From positions 1 to 22,780 of the forward strand of contig CBDDUX010000110.1 of assembly GCA_965234725.1 (NCBI GenBank): a stretch of 22,780 nucleotides of DNA, in the 5' to 3' direction. The notes beneath the pieces are model-generated. The model saw nothing but the letters and a program-made list of their open reading frames with translations, was not told the origin of the DNA and searched no databases. Made by a program: the position numbers and the translations under genes. This document shows positions 8,101-16,286 of the stretch, one piece after another (within the stretch, counting starts at the first letter, position 1; each line of letters starts with the position of its first letter). Source of the DNA: Thermoplasmatota archaeon (lineage in GTDB: Archaea > Thermoplasmatota > Penumbrarchaeia > Penumbrarchaeales > Penumbrarchaeaceae).

Positions 8101-10217
8101 ACGGTCAACTGCATTTGCATTGTCAGAGATGGCATATTGATGGTCGCCTTTCCCTGAGCATCTGTTACTCCCTCTGCCCAGAATGTTGTTCCGTTCATCA
8201 AACAAACAACCGCACCCTGGACCGGATTACCGGAACCGTCCTTGACGGTAAACTGGCAGTTGCCTGGTGTTGGTATAGGGTCCGAGAATGCCACATTGAA
8301 TGCAGAAGGTGTCTGACTCCAGATCGGTACCTCCGGATCGCCCATCAGATTGTATTGAAGAAGATTCTTCCATGAATAGAGATCATGAGCTCCCTTATCA
8401 CTGATATAATCCGAATGTGAAAGGGCAAGTGTCTTCCCCGGTTGATAGGCACCGTTGAAGAACTGCTCCCAGAACCGGTAATCATGTCCCTGATTATACC
8501 AGCCGCCATCGGTTCCTTTTGTCCAACCCACTGCATACCAGGATACCCTGGCCGCACCTACACAACCTATGCCCACATCTCTAAGTATGTCTTCGGTCAG
8601 ACAGAAGGTTGAGTCAAAGTTACCATTATTGCAGGCATCGTTGTAGAAGAGGGGTTTCATAGCCCCGTTCGATGGAGATGATGAAGTCGAGAAATACGGT
8701 GTATCCGAGTACTCTCCACTGTCGCAAAGACCGTTGCTGTTGGTATCGGAGTTCCAGATCCTCCTGTAGATCCCCGTATTGCTTCCATGCCCTGCGAGGT
8801 TCACCATGAAGGCACCTGGGGTGATAGCGTTAACGAGATTGGTCGTGGAGAGCGATGTATTGTAAGGGAAGATGGAAGGCCAAATACCTGCTCCCTCGTA
8901 GAGGGTATAAGAATTGTAGGATGGTCCAGCCAGGAAATCCTTCCTGATCTCGTCCTTCATCCTGCCCTCATCCGTTGTATCGTTATGGGATGAATTTGTC
9001 CTGTAATTGGAATATGCCCCAGCCATGACCGACCTGTTATACCAACCTCCGGAAGGTGGGTTCTTCTCGTAGGAGAGAATATTGTTGACCAATGAGGTCA
9101 TTGCAGAACTTGTTGTAGCAGACAGCCTTCCAACGTATACCTCCAGAGAAAGATCGATACCATCCACGGAGAATTCTCCGAAATAACCGTCATTGTCACC
9201 GTCCCAATCATAGGGAGTATGCCCCGATCCGGCGATATCACCGAAATATGCATCCGCAGGAACATAGGCGCCATCTGATCCAGTGTCACCGTAACCGTCC
9301 GGGACATATGCCATCCTGGATGGAACAATGGAATGGTCCCCTCCGATTATGACCCACTGGAGGCTCTCATTGGAATAGAAGTCCTTTATGCAGTTCCTTA
9401 TCTTCTCCTGGTTGTCCACACCGTTCCAGTTGGAATAGATATAGGAGGTCTCAATCACTTTTGTGTACACTCCCCTTTGTGTCTTCCAAGCTGCCAGAGG
9501 CTGAAGTGAGGAGTTCATTGCCGAATCCGTTATTATCAAGCACTCAACAGGAGGGGTCTGATTGTGATAGACGGCCCCGGGAGAAACTGATATCGACGGA
9601 AGGACCTGAGGTTCCCATAGGGGTCCTTGATCATCAATGACATCCACAGTGGGATCGGAAAGACCTTCCGGGACCTGGATCCTCCCGATATACGACGCGT
9701 GGTCCAATCCCAGTTTGACAGAAACTGACTCAGGATAGATCATATGGTCCGATACTACCTCAAAGGGTGATAACCTCAACATGAGATACAGATTACCTCT
9801 CACCTGGATGACACCGAGGTTCTCAATTATCTTCGAGGTCTCTCCCTCTCCTTGTCCTGTGATCATTCCATCGGTTCCGGGATAAGGGACCTTACCGATC
9901 TCACCGGCGATGGATAGTGACCCAAAACTAGTTCTTTCAACGGAATTGATATTCGGTGATTCACCTTTCGGAATGGGGATATAGAAGGTCCTCTCAGGCA
10001 AGATCAGGCCTCCCGGAACCGAGGAGGTCCCCCATCCTTCGATGTAAGGTATCACGATATTATCCTCGATCAGGAGGTCCGGAACGGGAATTGAAAAGAC
10101 CAGTTCCACGGAATTCTTCTCCCTCAAAGCTCCTGAATATTCCAGGTATGGGATAACGGATGCAGCCAAAAGTGATACTAGGACAATAGCTGTCCATTTA
10201 TTGGAGGTCAAGGTCAT
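5172..10217 (-). CDS. Membrane-anchored peptidase C25 (gingipain-like) with ~8 Ig-like repeats, PKD domain and C-terminal TM
   Basis: Signal peptide and propeptide region (PGGLILPERTFYIPIP). C25 motifs: LAAWKTQRG, VIIGGD..IVP, DAYFGD, VYVGRL, ILSYEKNP, catalytic AGHG and DACNNG, YNLMGDP. Repeats of D.D.P...DN.G..., PKD-like LDASGSTDDSEIVEYKW, TM IYALVIGSILLLLIVLAAVFIAV-RR. Start placed at ATG 10217 (GGGGT SD); the ORF track starts at 10244. Its stop overlaps the ABC-F stop (TTAA, 5172-5175). Confidence 0.93.
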   Translation of the reverse strand: MTLTSNKWTAIVLVSLLAASVIPYLEYSGALREKNSVELVFSIPVPDLLIEDNIVIPYIEGWGTSSVPGGLILPERTFYIPIPKGESPNINSVERTSFGSLSIAGEIGKVPYPGTDGMITGQGEGETSKIIENLGVIQVRGNLYLMLRLSPFEVVSDHMIYPESVSVKLGLDHASYIGRIQVPEGLSDPTVDVIDDQGPLWEPQVLPSISVSPGAVYHNQTPPVECLIITDSAMNSSLQPLAAWKTQRGVYTKVIETSYIYSNWNGVDNQEKIRNCIKDFYSNESLQWVIIGGDHSIVPSRMAYVPDGYGDTGSDGAYVPADAYFGDIAGSGHTPYDWDGDNDGYFGEFSVDGIDLSLEVYVGRLSATTSSAMTSLVNNILSYEKNPPSGGWYNRSVMAGAYSNYRTNSSHNDTTDEGRMKDEIRKDFLAGPSYNSYTLYEGAGIWPSIFPYNTSLSTTNLVNAITPGAFMVNLAGHGSNTGIYRRIWNSDTNSNGLCDSGEYSDTPYFSTSSSPSNGAMKPLFYNDACNNGNFDSTFCLTEDILRDVGIGCVGAARVSWYAVGWTKGTDGGWYNQGHDYRFWEQFFNGAYQPGKTLALSHSDYISDKGAHDLYSWKNLLQYNLMGDPEVPIWSQTPSAFNVAFSDPIPTPGNCQFTVKDGSGNPVQGAVVCLMNGTTFWAEGVTDAQGKATINMPSLTMQMQLTVTKNNFKPLTKVVNVGHDSEPPQMGMISLGGQWSTGDIFQVNAFVTDNVAVTNVTIEFGWGQSQPLTPTNVTMLNSAPSWVFNGIHPIGSLDPFWFSIGAEDAVGQWNHTSWTKRDITDNDKPEFLQDNTSLTATTGDPVRFGCHLTDNIGTNDVYLNYTFDDLIWQTILMMGSGNERSLVFIVPEDEDGYIRYHFNLSDTSGNVNITGNFYMDITDNDAPRLVSDLTVLPPRTGNSTIFHMIASDNVGISQVRLIYQEEGQALRNHSMTTTDDTNFTYTIDMPSDRSNPVSYHFFIVDLTGNQVHTNEVDTFIEDDELPSITGMVIPTSLTTGDAQKFEISTDDNIGTSDVRASIQYPEGPVEIAIGIFNSTTDKWEIEFTTPSSMVGNTSITMIVTDAAGNSISSEQILLELIDNDMPELIEDMTPQEVNCLGSLRFEIIAGDNLGIKEVRLFIDGDSGSQVLSKGSRSSTYFIEMTAPGSANELIYHFEIEDLSGNVFETWYRNISVVDELLPEVIEFGFAAQNLTGDLVSEVTTGETFNLVALVTDNDVISEMYAEVLFPGTIEIRSYALTKDRLSITPFGDFNTSVDIEMPGNRTGQVEYRLIVVDRSGNNYTSGWTEITLVDNDKPEIHFDEGNIDIGTDTFESYIFHVTDNVGITEKNAWIQDHPDASFNYQLGISFLIVHVFMDSSFPSDHPVLHVRVTDGNNSAETSITLDLIDKTPPSVVFVERPDEIELSETYELRVTITDNVGWTEPMAKWYRSNPDRTVDMKELPLTPVLGLGSEASFEAPGTGGWILNFSVSDEAGNLAWYEFFYEITDDIEPVADLKANLTNIGSGQVLSLDASGSTDDSEIVEYKWTIIKPDGSKDERYGIQLDYTPDQTGDYQIDLEVLDEFGNWAKSATTITVTPIHEDEENENSFDGWMIYALVIGSILLLLIVLAAVFIAVRRGKTKEEVLSFDEETVEEAESWDV

Positions 10218-10262
10218 GATACTACCCCGTAAGCCGGAATTCATTCCTATATGAACAATATA

Positions 10263-11138
10263 TCATTTTTCACCTGTACCTCTAATATGGGAAAAAAAGG
10301 ATTTTTCACCGAAGATCACACCTCTCCAGACCAATGCGAGGATCACAAGGCTTGCTAATACCATGGATCCTTGTATGATATCCACAAGAATATATCCCAG
10401 GGCATCCTCCATCTCGAGTATAAGAAAGAAGAATCCCTGGATCCCGTTGTTCATTGTATGGAAAATGATGGAAATGAAAAGGAGTATTGATGTGATCTTC
10501 ACCTTTCCCGACCAACCATCACGACCAATTCCTCCAGAGGCCACACCAGTATATACGGCATGTACCGACACTCCAAGGATCACTCTCCAAAAAAATGCAT
10601 CCATATACTGGAGGGTGGGACCATTGATAATGATCTCCTCCAGGGCAATGGAAAGATACCCTATCGATTCCACCAGTCCGAAAACCGCGCCGGAGAAAAT
10701 GCCTGCTATGATCCCGACCTTTACCTTATCGTATCCTTTTCGAAGTCCCCCATGGGTAAGCAAGATGATCAGGTAGACAACTATGGCCGACAGTAGCTTC
10801 ATCACCTCCTCTATTGGGCCCGCAGAAGCTACCCCAAGGGTCTGGGCCAAACCGCTTTCGACACCAAGGACAAGCACGATAGGTACAATGAAAAGGACCT
10901 CCATCACCGCAGATGCAGGGATGGAAACCAATATCGATAGGTGGACCAATATCTGTGAAAAGGAGAGGGAGGCATCCTTTTTCCATCGCTCTTTATTCTT
11001 AAGGAACAGGACCTTTCCAATTATCTTCGGGAAACCTGGTAGAAGAAAACCTAAGAGTATGTACCAAACGAATGCTGATAGGAAAGGGAGGATAACGGCT
11101 AAAAGGACGATCATGAGATAGATCGGGTACGTCGTCAT
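10263..11138 (-). CDS. PrsW-family intramembrane protease
   Basis: Multi-TM protein with PrsW motifs AGPIEEVMK (EExxK), FGLVE (FxxxE), SVHAVYTG and FHTMNN (HxxxN). Start set at ATG 11138, which has a GGAGGAGAGG SD and an ATGA overlap with the upstream gene. Confidence 0.9.
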   Translation of the reverse strand: MTTYPIYLMIVLLAVILPFLSAFVWYILLGFLLPGFPKIIGKVLFLKNKERWKKDASLSFSQILVHLSILVSIPASAVMEVLFIVPIVLVLGVESGLAQTLGVASAGPIEEVMKLLSAIVVYLIILLTHGGLRKGYDKVKVGIIAGIFSGAVFGLVESIGYLSIALEEIIINGPTLQYMDAFFWRVILGVSVHAVYTGVASGGIGRDGWSGKVKITSILLFISIIFHTMNNGIQGFFFLILEMEDALGYILVDIIQGSMVLASLVILALVWRGVIFGEKSFFSHIRGTGEK

Positions 11139-11647
11139 CTCCTCTCCTCCTTGACACCCATGATGGTGAGGATCCCACCCATCATAAGGAGAAGGAATGA
11201 CAACATGCCTGTGACCAGAATTCCGCAACAGGTCAGGAGTACCGACCCCCCGGTGGACCTTATCTCGATATCAAGGTCATCCGTTCCAGAATTAACTGAA
11301 AGAACCTCGATCTCGATACTGAGGCTTCCGGCCTTTTCTACGGTCACCTGGCCGTTCAAGGGAACTTTTCCCCTATTGCTATGAATAGTCCTTCCACCTG
11401 GACTCCGAACCTTGATGGAAACCCTAAGATCATCATCGGAATCGATCGAATATTGGACCACTCCAGGCAGGTCATTTTCAATAGTTATGACAATTACGTC
11501 CCCGTCAATTCCAAAATCGCTTTCATCGTAGAGGACCTGGTCCGAATACCTCATACCGGATATCAGGATCACTACTGTTATCATGATCAAAATGGATGAG
11601 GCAGTGACCAATATCAACCCATATCTGGTCTTTCCCCTGGCCCTCAT
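11135..11647 (-). CDS. Hypothetical membrane protein: two TM helices flanking a ~100-aa beta-rich domain
   Basis: N-terminal TM (YGLILVTASSILIMITVVILISG), alternating hydrophobic beta pattern, C-terminal TM with CC. Start at ATG 11647 is a guess (TATA-like sequence ~25 nt upstream). Confidence 0.75.
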   Translation of the reverse strand: MRARGKTRYGLILVTASSILIMITVVILISGMRYSDQVLYDESDFGIDGDVIVITIENDLPGVVQYSIDSDDDLRVSIKVRSPGGRTIHSNRGKVPLNGQVTVEKAGSLSIEIEVLSVNSGTDDLDIEIRSTGGSVLLTCCGILVTGMLSFLLLMMGGILTIMGVKEERR

Positions 11648-11892
11648 CGAATAATAAAATACTGGACCTATAATTATAGTTCTCATTCCATGTATCAAGA
11701 AGTTAGGTTACATCTGTCTATCAGATCCGATAATCGGTTGTGACATTAGGTACAACGAAGGACCACTATGATAAAGATGGAGAAAGGCTTAAGTAAACTC
11801 CCAATGGATGTTTGTATCATCCCAGGTTATAGGATAATATGTCCTGATAGGAACTGTCCCAAATGATATTGAAATGGAAAGGTGCGTAGGAA

Positions 11893-12231
11893 ATGAACCC
11901 TCTGGCTGTAACGAAATTGCTGAGTGATGAATACACTGTCAAGATCCTCACTGCAACCTTCAAGATGCCCAGATCGGCCAATTATCTATCGGTCAAGTTC
12001 AACATTCCAATTGCGGCCTGTTATCGAAGGATCCGGGAATTGGAGAAGATGGGACTCCTTCATATCACAGAGAAGATCCTTACACCCAGAGGAAAGAGGG
12101 TCTCACTTTATCAATCCAACTTAAAATCCGCTTACCTGACATTCGAGAACGGAAAGCTGAAAGCACTTATGGAGCTTTCCGGCCACCAGGATGGAGAAGA
12201 GGAAGAGGTCTGGAACGTTATCGAGAACTGA
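11893..12231 (+). CDS. Winged helix-turn-helix transcriptional regulator (archaeal ArsR/HTH_20-like)
   Basis: LSDEYTVKILTAT...PRSANYLSVKFNIPIAACYRRIRELEKMGLL...RGKRVSLYQS. AGGTG SD upstream. Confidence 0.9.
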   Translation: MNPLAVTKLLSDEYTVKILTATFKMPRSANYLSVKFNIPIAACYRRIRELEKMGLLHITEKILTPRGKRVSLYQSNLKSAYLTFENGKLKALMELSGHQDGEEEEVWNVIEN

Positions 12232-12319
12232 ACCATTTTTTCGCACTTTCGGTCCTCTTACTTCAGTGTAATTAAAATATTTTGCCGGCCTAAGGAGACC
12301 TTGTTTGGAGGTCTTTCGA

Positions 12320-12757
12320 TTGTTGATAAGCATCGGTTCCGATCATGGCGGTTTCGAACTGAAACAGGAACTAGTCAGACGTTTGAACGATTCCAACCAC
12401 AAGGTCTTCGATAGGGGCTGCAGCTCACCCGACCCGGTAGACTATCCGGACATCGCCTCGTTGGTGGCTTCGGATATCAGATCTGGAAAAGCCCAGCTGG
12501 GCATCCTGATCTGTGGAACAGGAATAGGTATGTGCAACGCGGTCTCCAAGATCGACGGTATAGTTTCAGCCCTATGCACAAATTCATATATGGCAAGGAT
12601 GGCGAGACTGCACAATGATGCAAACATTCTTTGCCTTGGCGGAAGGGTTGTTGGATCGGAGCTCGCTGCCGACATCGTGGATAGTTTCCTACTTAATCAA
12701 CCCTTGATGGATGAGAAGTACATAAGAAGAAGGGAAAAAGTTACAAAGATGGAATGA
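12320..12757 (+). CDS. rpiB: Ribose-5-phosphate isomerase B (RpiB/LacAB family)
   Basis: GSDHGG, DYPD, ICGTGIG, ARLHNDANILCLGGRVVG. TTG 12320 lies 7 nt after GGAGGT. Confidence 0.93.
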   Translation: MLISIGSDHGGFELKQELVRRLNDSNHKVFDRGCSSPDPVDYPDIASLVASDIRSGKAQLGILICGTGIGMCNAVSKIDGIVSALCTNSYMARMARLHNDANILCLGGRVVGSELAADIVDSFLLNQPLMDEKYIRRREKVTKME

Positions 12758-12769
12758 GGAGGTTCAAAG

Positions 12770-13729
12770 ATGCAGGAGATCTGGACAGAGAAATACAGAC
12801 CTGATAAACTGGATGAGCTGGTCGGTCAGAAGGAGATTGTCCAGAGGTTGATAGCAATCGTAAAGAGCGGAAACATCCCACATTTCCTTTTCACCGGACC
12901 GGCAGGTACCGGAAAGACCACCTCCGCCCTTGCCCTTGCCAGAGAGCTCTTTGGAGATGATAAGTGGCGGGACAATTTCCAGGAGCTGAACGCTTCGGAT
13001 GAGAGAGGCATCCAGATAGTCAGGACAAAGATCAAATCATTTGCCAGGGCAGCACCTTTGGGAGGTGCCGAGTTCAAGGTCATCTTCCTTGACGAGGCTG
13101 ACTCGCTCACTTCTGATGCCCAGGCGGCACTGAGAAGGACCATGGAGAAGTATTCCACTACCTGCCGGTTCATACTCTCATGCAATTATTCATCCAGGAT
13201 CATTCCCCCGATACAATCAAGATGCTCGGTTATGAGGTTCGCCCCTCTCAAACCGGAGGATATCAGGGAATATCTGAAGAGGATCGAAAAAAGTGAAGGC
13301 ATCGAGATAAGCGATAGCGGATTCGATGCACTTCTCTATATATCCCAGGGGGACATGCGAAAAGCCGTCAACATCCTCCAGGTCGCCGCTTCATTTTCAA
13401 AGAGGATCGATTCCGATACTCTTTTCACCAGCTCAGCACTTGCCAGGCCGGAGAACATTTCCGAACTGATAACCCTTGCTCTGAAGGGTAAGTTCGGCGA
13501 TGCAAGGGAACGTCTGGAAGATCTGATAACAAGGGGTGGACTGGCCGGAGAGGATATCCTCGGACAGATGCATCGGGAGCTTTTCAACATCCCCATGGAA
13601 GAGGATATGAGGGTAAGGGTACTCGATGCGATCGGTGAGGCTGATTTCAGACTGGTTGAAGGAGCAGATGAGAGAATACAGATCGAAGCCCTTCTTGCCC
13701 GCATTCAACTTCTTGGCATGAAAAGATAG
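12770..13729 (+). CDS. rfcS: Replication factor C small subunit
   Basis: WTEKYRP, GPAGTGKT, ELNASDERG, FLDEADSLT, IQSRC, GDMRKAVN. No intein. Confidence 0.98.
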   Translation: MQEIWTEKYRPDKLDELVGQKEIVQRLIAIVKSGNIPHFLFTGPAGTGKTTSALALARELFGDDKWRDNFQELNASDERGIQIVRTKIKSFARAAPLGGAEFKVIFLDEADSLTSDAQAALRRTMEKYSTTCRFILSCNYSSRIIPPIQSRCSVMRFAPLKPEDIREYLKRIEKSEGIEISDSGFDALLYISQGDMRKAVNILQVAASFSKRIDSDTLFTSSALARPENISELITLALKGKFGDARERLEDLITRGGLAGEDILGQMHRELFNIPMEEDMRVRVLDAIGEADFRLVEGADERIQIEALLARIQLLGMKR

Positions 13730-13734
13730 GTCCA

Positions 13735-14190
13735 TCAAATGTCCATAGAGAGGGTTTGACCTTCCCTTTTAAAACCGGATGATTCGAAGAATTTGAATGT
13801 CATATCCCGAGCTTTTACCAGATCAATATGTAAATGTTTCAGACCTCTATATTTGGAGAACCTGGCGATCTCACCCAATCCATTCTTCCCTACTCCTTTC
13901 CCTCTATACTGCCTGAAGATCCCCATGTCAAGTATCCTACCCCTATCGGTATCTATGACCGAAATTGCAGCAAATCCCAGATTGGTCTGTCCGCGTCTGA
14001 TCCATATGAGATAGTTCATATCTGGTTCATTCCAGAACTTGGATAGTTGATCATCCCGCCCGGTATTGCCATGCTCAATACCCTGTGACATCAGCTCCAT
14101 CCTGTGGGCCATATACATGGCAAGGAAATCCTTTTTCTCACCCATGGATACGAGCTTCAAGGTTATGGGACCTTCCTCTCCATCGTTCAT
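13735..14190 (-). CDS. GNAT-family N-acetyltransferase
   Basis: Motif A-like MGIFRQYRGKGVGK and motif B-like FKFFESSGFK. Start uncertain (14190 or 14202). Confidence 0.75.
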   Translation of the reverse strand: MNDGEEGPITLKLVSMGEKKDFLAMYMAHRMELMSQGIEHGNTGRDDQLSKFWNEPDMNYLIWIRRGQTNLGFAAISVIDTDRGRILDMGIFRQYRGKGVGKNGLGEIARFSKYRGLKHLHIDLVKARDMTFKFFESSGFKREGQTLSMDI

Positions 14191-14221
14191 AGTATTCACC
14201 AACGATCTAAGGTCTGAATAC

Positions 14222-14238
14222 TCTTTTTAACCTTTTCA
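14222..14238 (-). promoter_or_regulatory. Putative BRE/TATA element for the GNAT gene
   Basis: Minus strand GAAAAGGTTAAAAAGAG ~30-45 nt upstream of ATG 14190. Confidence 0.45.
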
Positions 14239-14312
14239 TCAAATTATCAGCAAGTGATGAACCATCTTTGTTCGGGAGTATCTTATTTTAAGTCTCTGAC
14301 CATGAATGGAAG

Positions 14313-15050
14313 ATGTGCTTCAATATCTCCCTTGCAAGACCCGGAGAAGATGTCTCCGATAGGTTCGATGCAGTATTCGACAGGGAGATCGTTTTCGATC
14401 CAATTTATCATTCCTCCGCTTTCGACATTCCAAGACATCCCGTCATTTGTATGGATGAACCTGGCCGATTGAAATGGCTGTCCTGGGGGCTCATTCCAAG
14501 ATGGATCGGTAATGATACCGAAGCAAAAAATATCAGATTTAGGACATTGAATGCAAGATCGGAGACAATTTTCGAGAAACCATCCTTCAAGCAAGCGATC
14601 ATGGAGAACAGATGCTTGATACCTGTAACAGGATTCTTTGAGTTCAGAGAGGTCAACGGAAGGAAGTATCCTTACCATATCAGACCCTTTGATGGCAGGA
14701 TCCTATCTCTGGCGGGTATCTTTGAGGATTGGAGGAACGGATCTGGCAAGGACATAAGAACATTTTCCATCGTCACAGTAAAAGCCAACCCTTTGATGTC
14801 GAGGATACACAATACCAAGATGAGGATGCCTGTGATCCTGAAAATAGAAGAAGAATCGATCTGGATGAACAGGGGATCATCCCGTGATGACCTTGTATCG
14901 ATCATGAAACCCTACCCGGATGATGACCTGGAAGCTTTTCCTGTCTCCAAGGCCCTTACCAAGAGAGAGGTTGAGACCGATCTTCCGTTCATTATTGAAC
15001 CATTTGACTACCCCGAACTCAGGTTCAAGGAATTGGAATCCTTTGGATAG
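14313..15050 (+). CDS. SRAP domain protein (HMCES/YedK family, abasic-site processing)
   Basis: N-terminal Met-Cys, WGLIPRW, LNARSET, RCLIPVTGFFE, LAGIFEDW, TFSIVT, IHN..RMPVIL. Confidence 0.95.
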   Translation: MCFNISLARPGEDVSDRFDAVFDREIVFDPIYHSSAFDIPRHPVICMDEPGRLKWLSWGLIPRWIGNDTEAKNIRFRTLNARSETIFEKPSFKQAIMENRCLIPVTGFFEFREVNGRKYPYHIRPFDGRILSLAGIFEDWRNGSGKDIRTFSIVTVKANPLMSRIHNTKMRMPVILKIEEESIWMNRGSSRDDLVSIMKPYPDDDLEAFPVSKALTKREVETDLPFIIEPFDYPELRFKELESFG

Positions 15051-15071
15051 CGGCAGGATATTGAAAGATCG

Positions 15072-16196
15072 ATGACCGAGCATATTATCTCTGAAGAAGG
15101 CCTCCTGTCAATAGAGGTGTTTGATCTGGACCTTTACGAATTGGGCTGGAATGATTTCTTCGAAGAACAGGTGGCCTCCCTTGGTCTCGAGGGAGTATTT
15201 CCCGGAAGGGTTGCAAGAACCGCTTCAGGATCCGTGGAGCTCTTCACAGAAAAAGGAGAGATCGAGGCCAGGATATCAGGTAGGTTGAAACAGAGATCGT
15301 CCACAGGTTCAGAACTCCCGGGCATTGGGGACTGGGTCCTTGTCAAGACAATGGATTCCGGAAATGTCGTCTTCTTGGTCCTGAACAGGTCCTCGAAGAT
15401 ATCGAGGAAGGTGCCTGGAAAGGGAACAAGGGAACAGCTGATAGCTGCCAACATTGACATGATCTTTGTCGTGATGGGGATGGACCATGATCTAAATATC
15501 AGGAGATTGGAGAGATATCTGACCATGATCTCCGGTTCGGGGGCTCTACCGGTTGTCATTCTGAACAAAGCGGACCTTGTAGAAGATCAGGATCCCAGAT
15601 TTGATGAGGTGAAAGGGATCTGTGGAGATGTTCCATTACTCTTGATATCAGCCCTTGAAGGGAAAGGTTTGGAGACAGTCAGAGACCTCCTTGGGAAAGG
15701 GAGGACCATTTCCCTTGTTGGATCATCAGGATCCGGGAAATCAACCCTCATCAATGCACTTTTGGACCGTCAGGTCCAGAGAACCGAGGAGGTCCGAAGG
15801 AATGATAGCAAGGGGAGACACGTCACAACATCAAGAGAACTCTTCATCATTCCGGGAGGGGGCCTGATAATAGACAATCCCGGGATCAGGGAGATCCAGC
15901 TATGGGGAGAGACAGCTGATCTCGATGCGGCATTCCCAGACATATGTGAACTTTCGCTTGATTGCAAGTTCAAGGACTGCAGACATATTTCAGAACCTGG
16001 TTGTGCAGTGAAGGAAGCGATGGAGAAGGGGACCCTCAATCAGGAAAGATATGGTAACTACCAGAAGATGCGAAAGGAGCTCGAGGTCCTTTCCATCAGG
16101 TCCGATAAGAGTTCAGAGGCTGTGGAAAGGGATAGATGGAAACCTATTATGAAGGGTTTTAAGAACTATTACAAGTTCAAGAAAGAGGGAAGATGA
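15072..16196 (+). CDS. rsgA: Ribosome small subunit-dependent GTPase A (circularly permuted GTPase)
   Basis: OB-fold region with GDWV, QLIAANID, G4 NKAD before G1 GSSGSGKST, GRHVTT, DNPGIRE, Zn finger CKFKDCRHISEPGC. The true start may be further downstream. Confidence 0.96.
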   Translation: MTEHIISEEGLLSIEVFDLDLYELGWNDFFEEQVASLGLEGVFPGRVARTASGSVELFTEKGEIEARISGRLKQRSSTGSELPGIGDWVLVKTMDSGNVVFLVLNRSSKISRKVPGKGTREQLIAANIDMIFVVMGMDHDLNIRRLERYLTMISGSGALPVVILNKADLVEDQDPRFDEVKGICGDVPLLLISALEGKGLETVRDLLGKGRTISLVGSSGSGKSTLINALLDRQVQRTEEVRRNDSKGRHVTTSRELFIIPGGGLIIDNPGIREIQLWGETADLDAAFPDICELSLDCKFKDCRHISEPGCAVKEAMEKGTLNQERYGNYQKMRKELEVLSIRSDKSSEAVERDRWKPIMKGFKNYYKFKKEGR

Positions 16197-16220
16197 GCAT
16201 CGGTCATTACACACATGTAC

Positions 16221-16237
16221 CGAAAAGCTTTTTATCG
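16221..16237 (+). promoter_or_regulatory. Putative BRE/TATA element for the beta-helix surface protein
   Basis: CGAAAAGCTTTTTATCG ~50-65 nt upstream of ATG 16287. Confidence 0.55.
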
Positions 16238-16286
16238 TCCAGCGATAAGTCCATATGGTCCTTGGGAAGGAGGGGGCCTTTGTATT

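Noticed and set aside
12770..13729. Intein in RFC small subunit, or missing large subunit as an anomaly
   Set aside because: The 319-aa protein is continuous at Walker A, and an unlinked large subunit is common in archaea.
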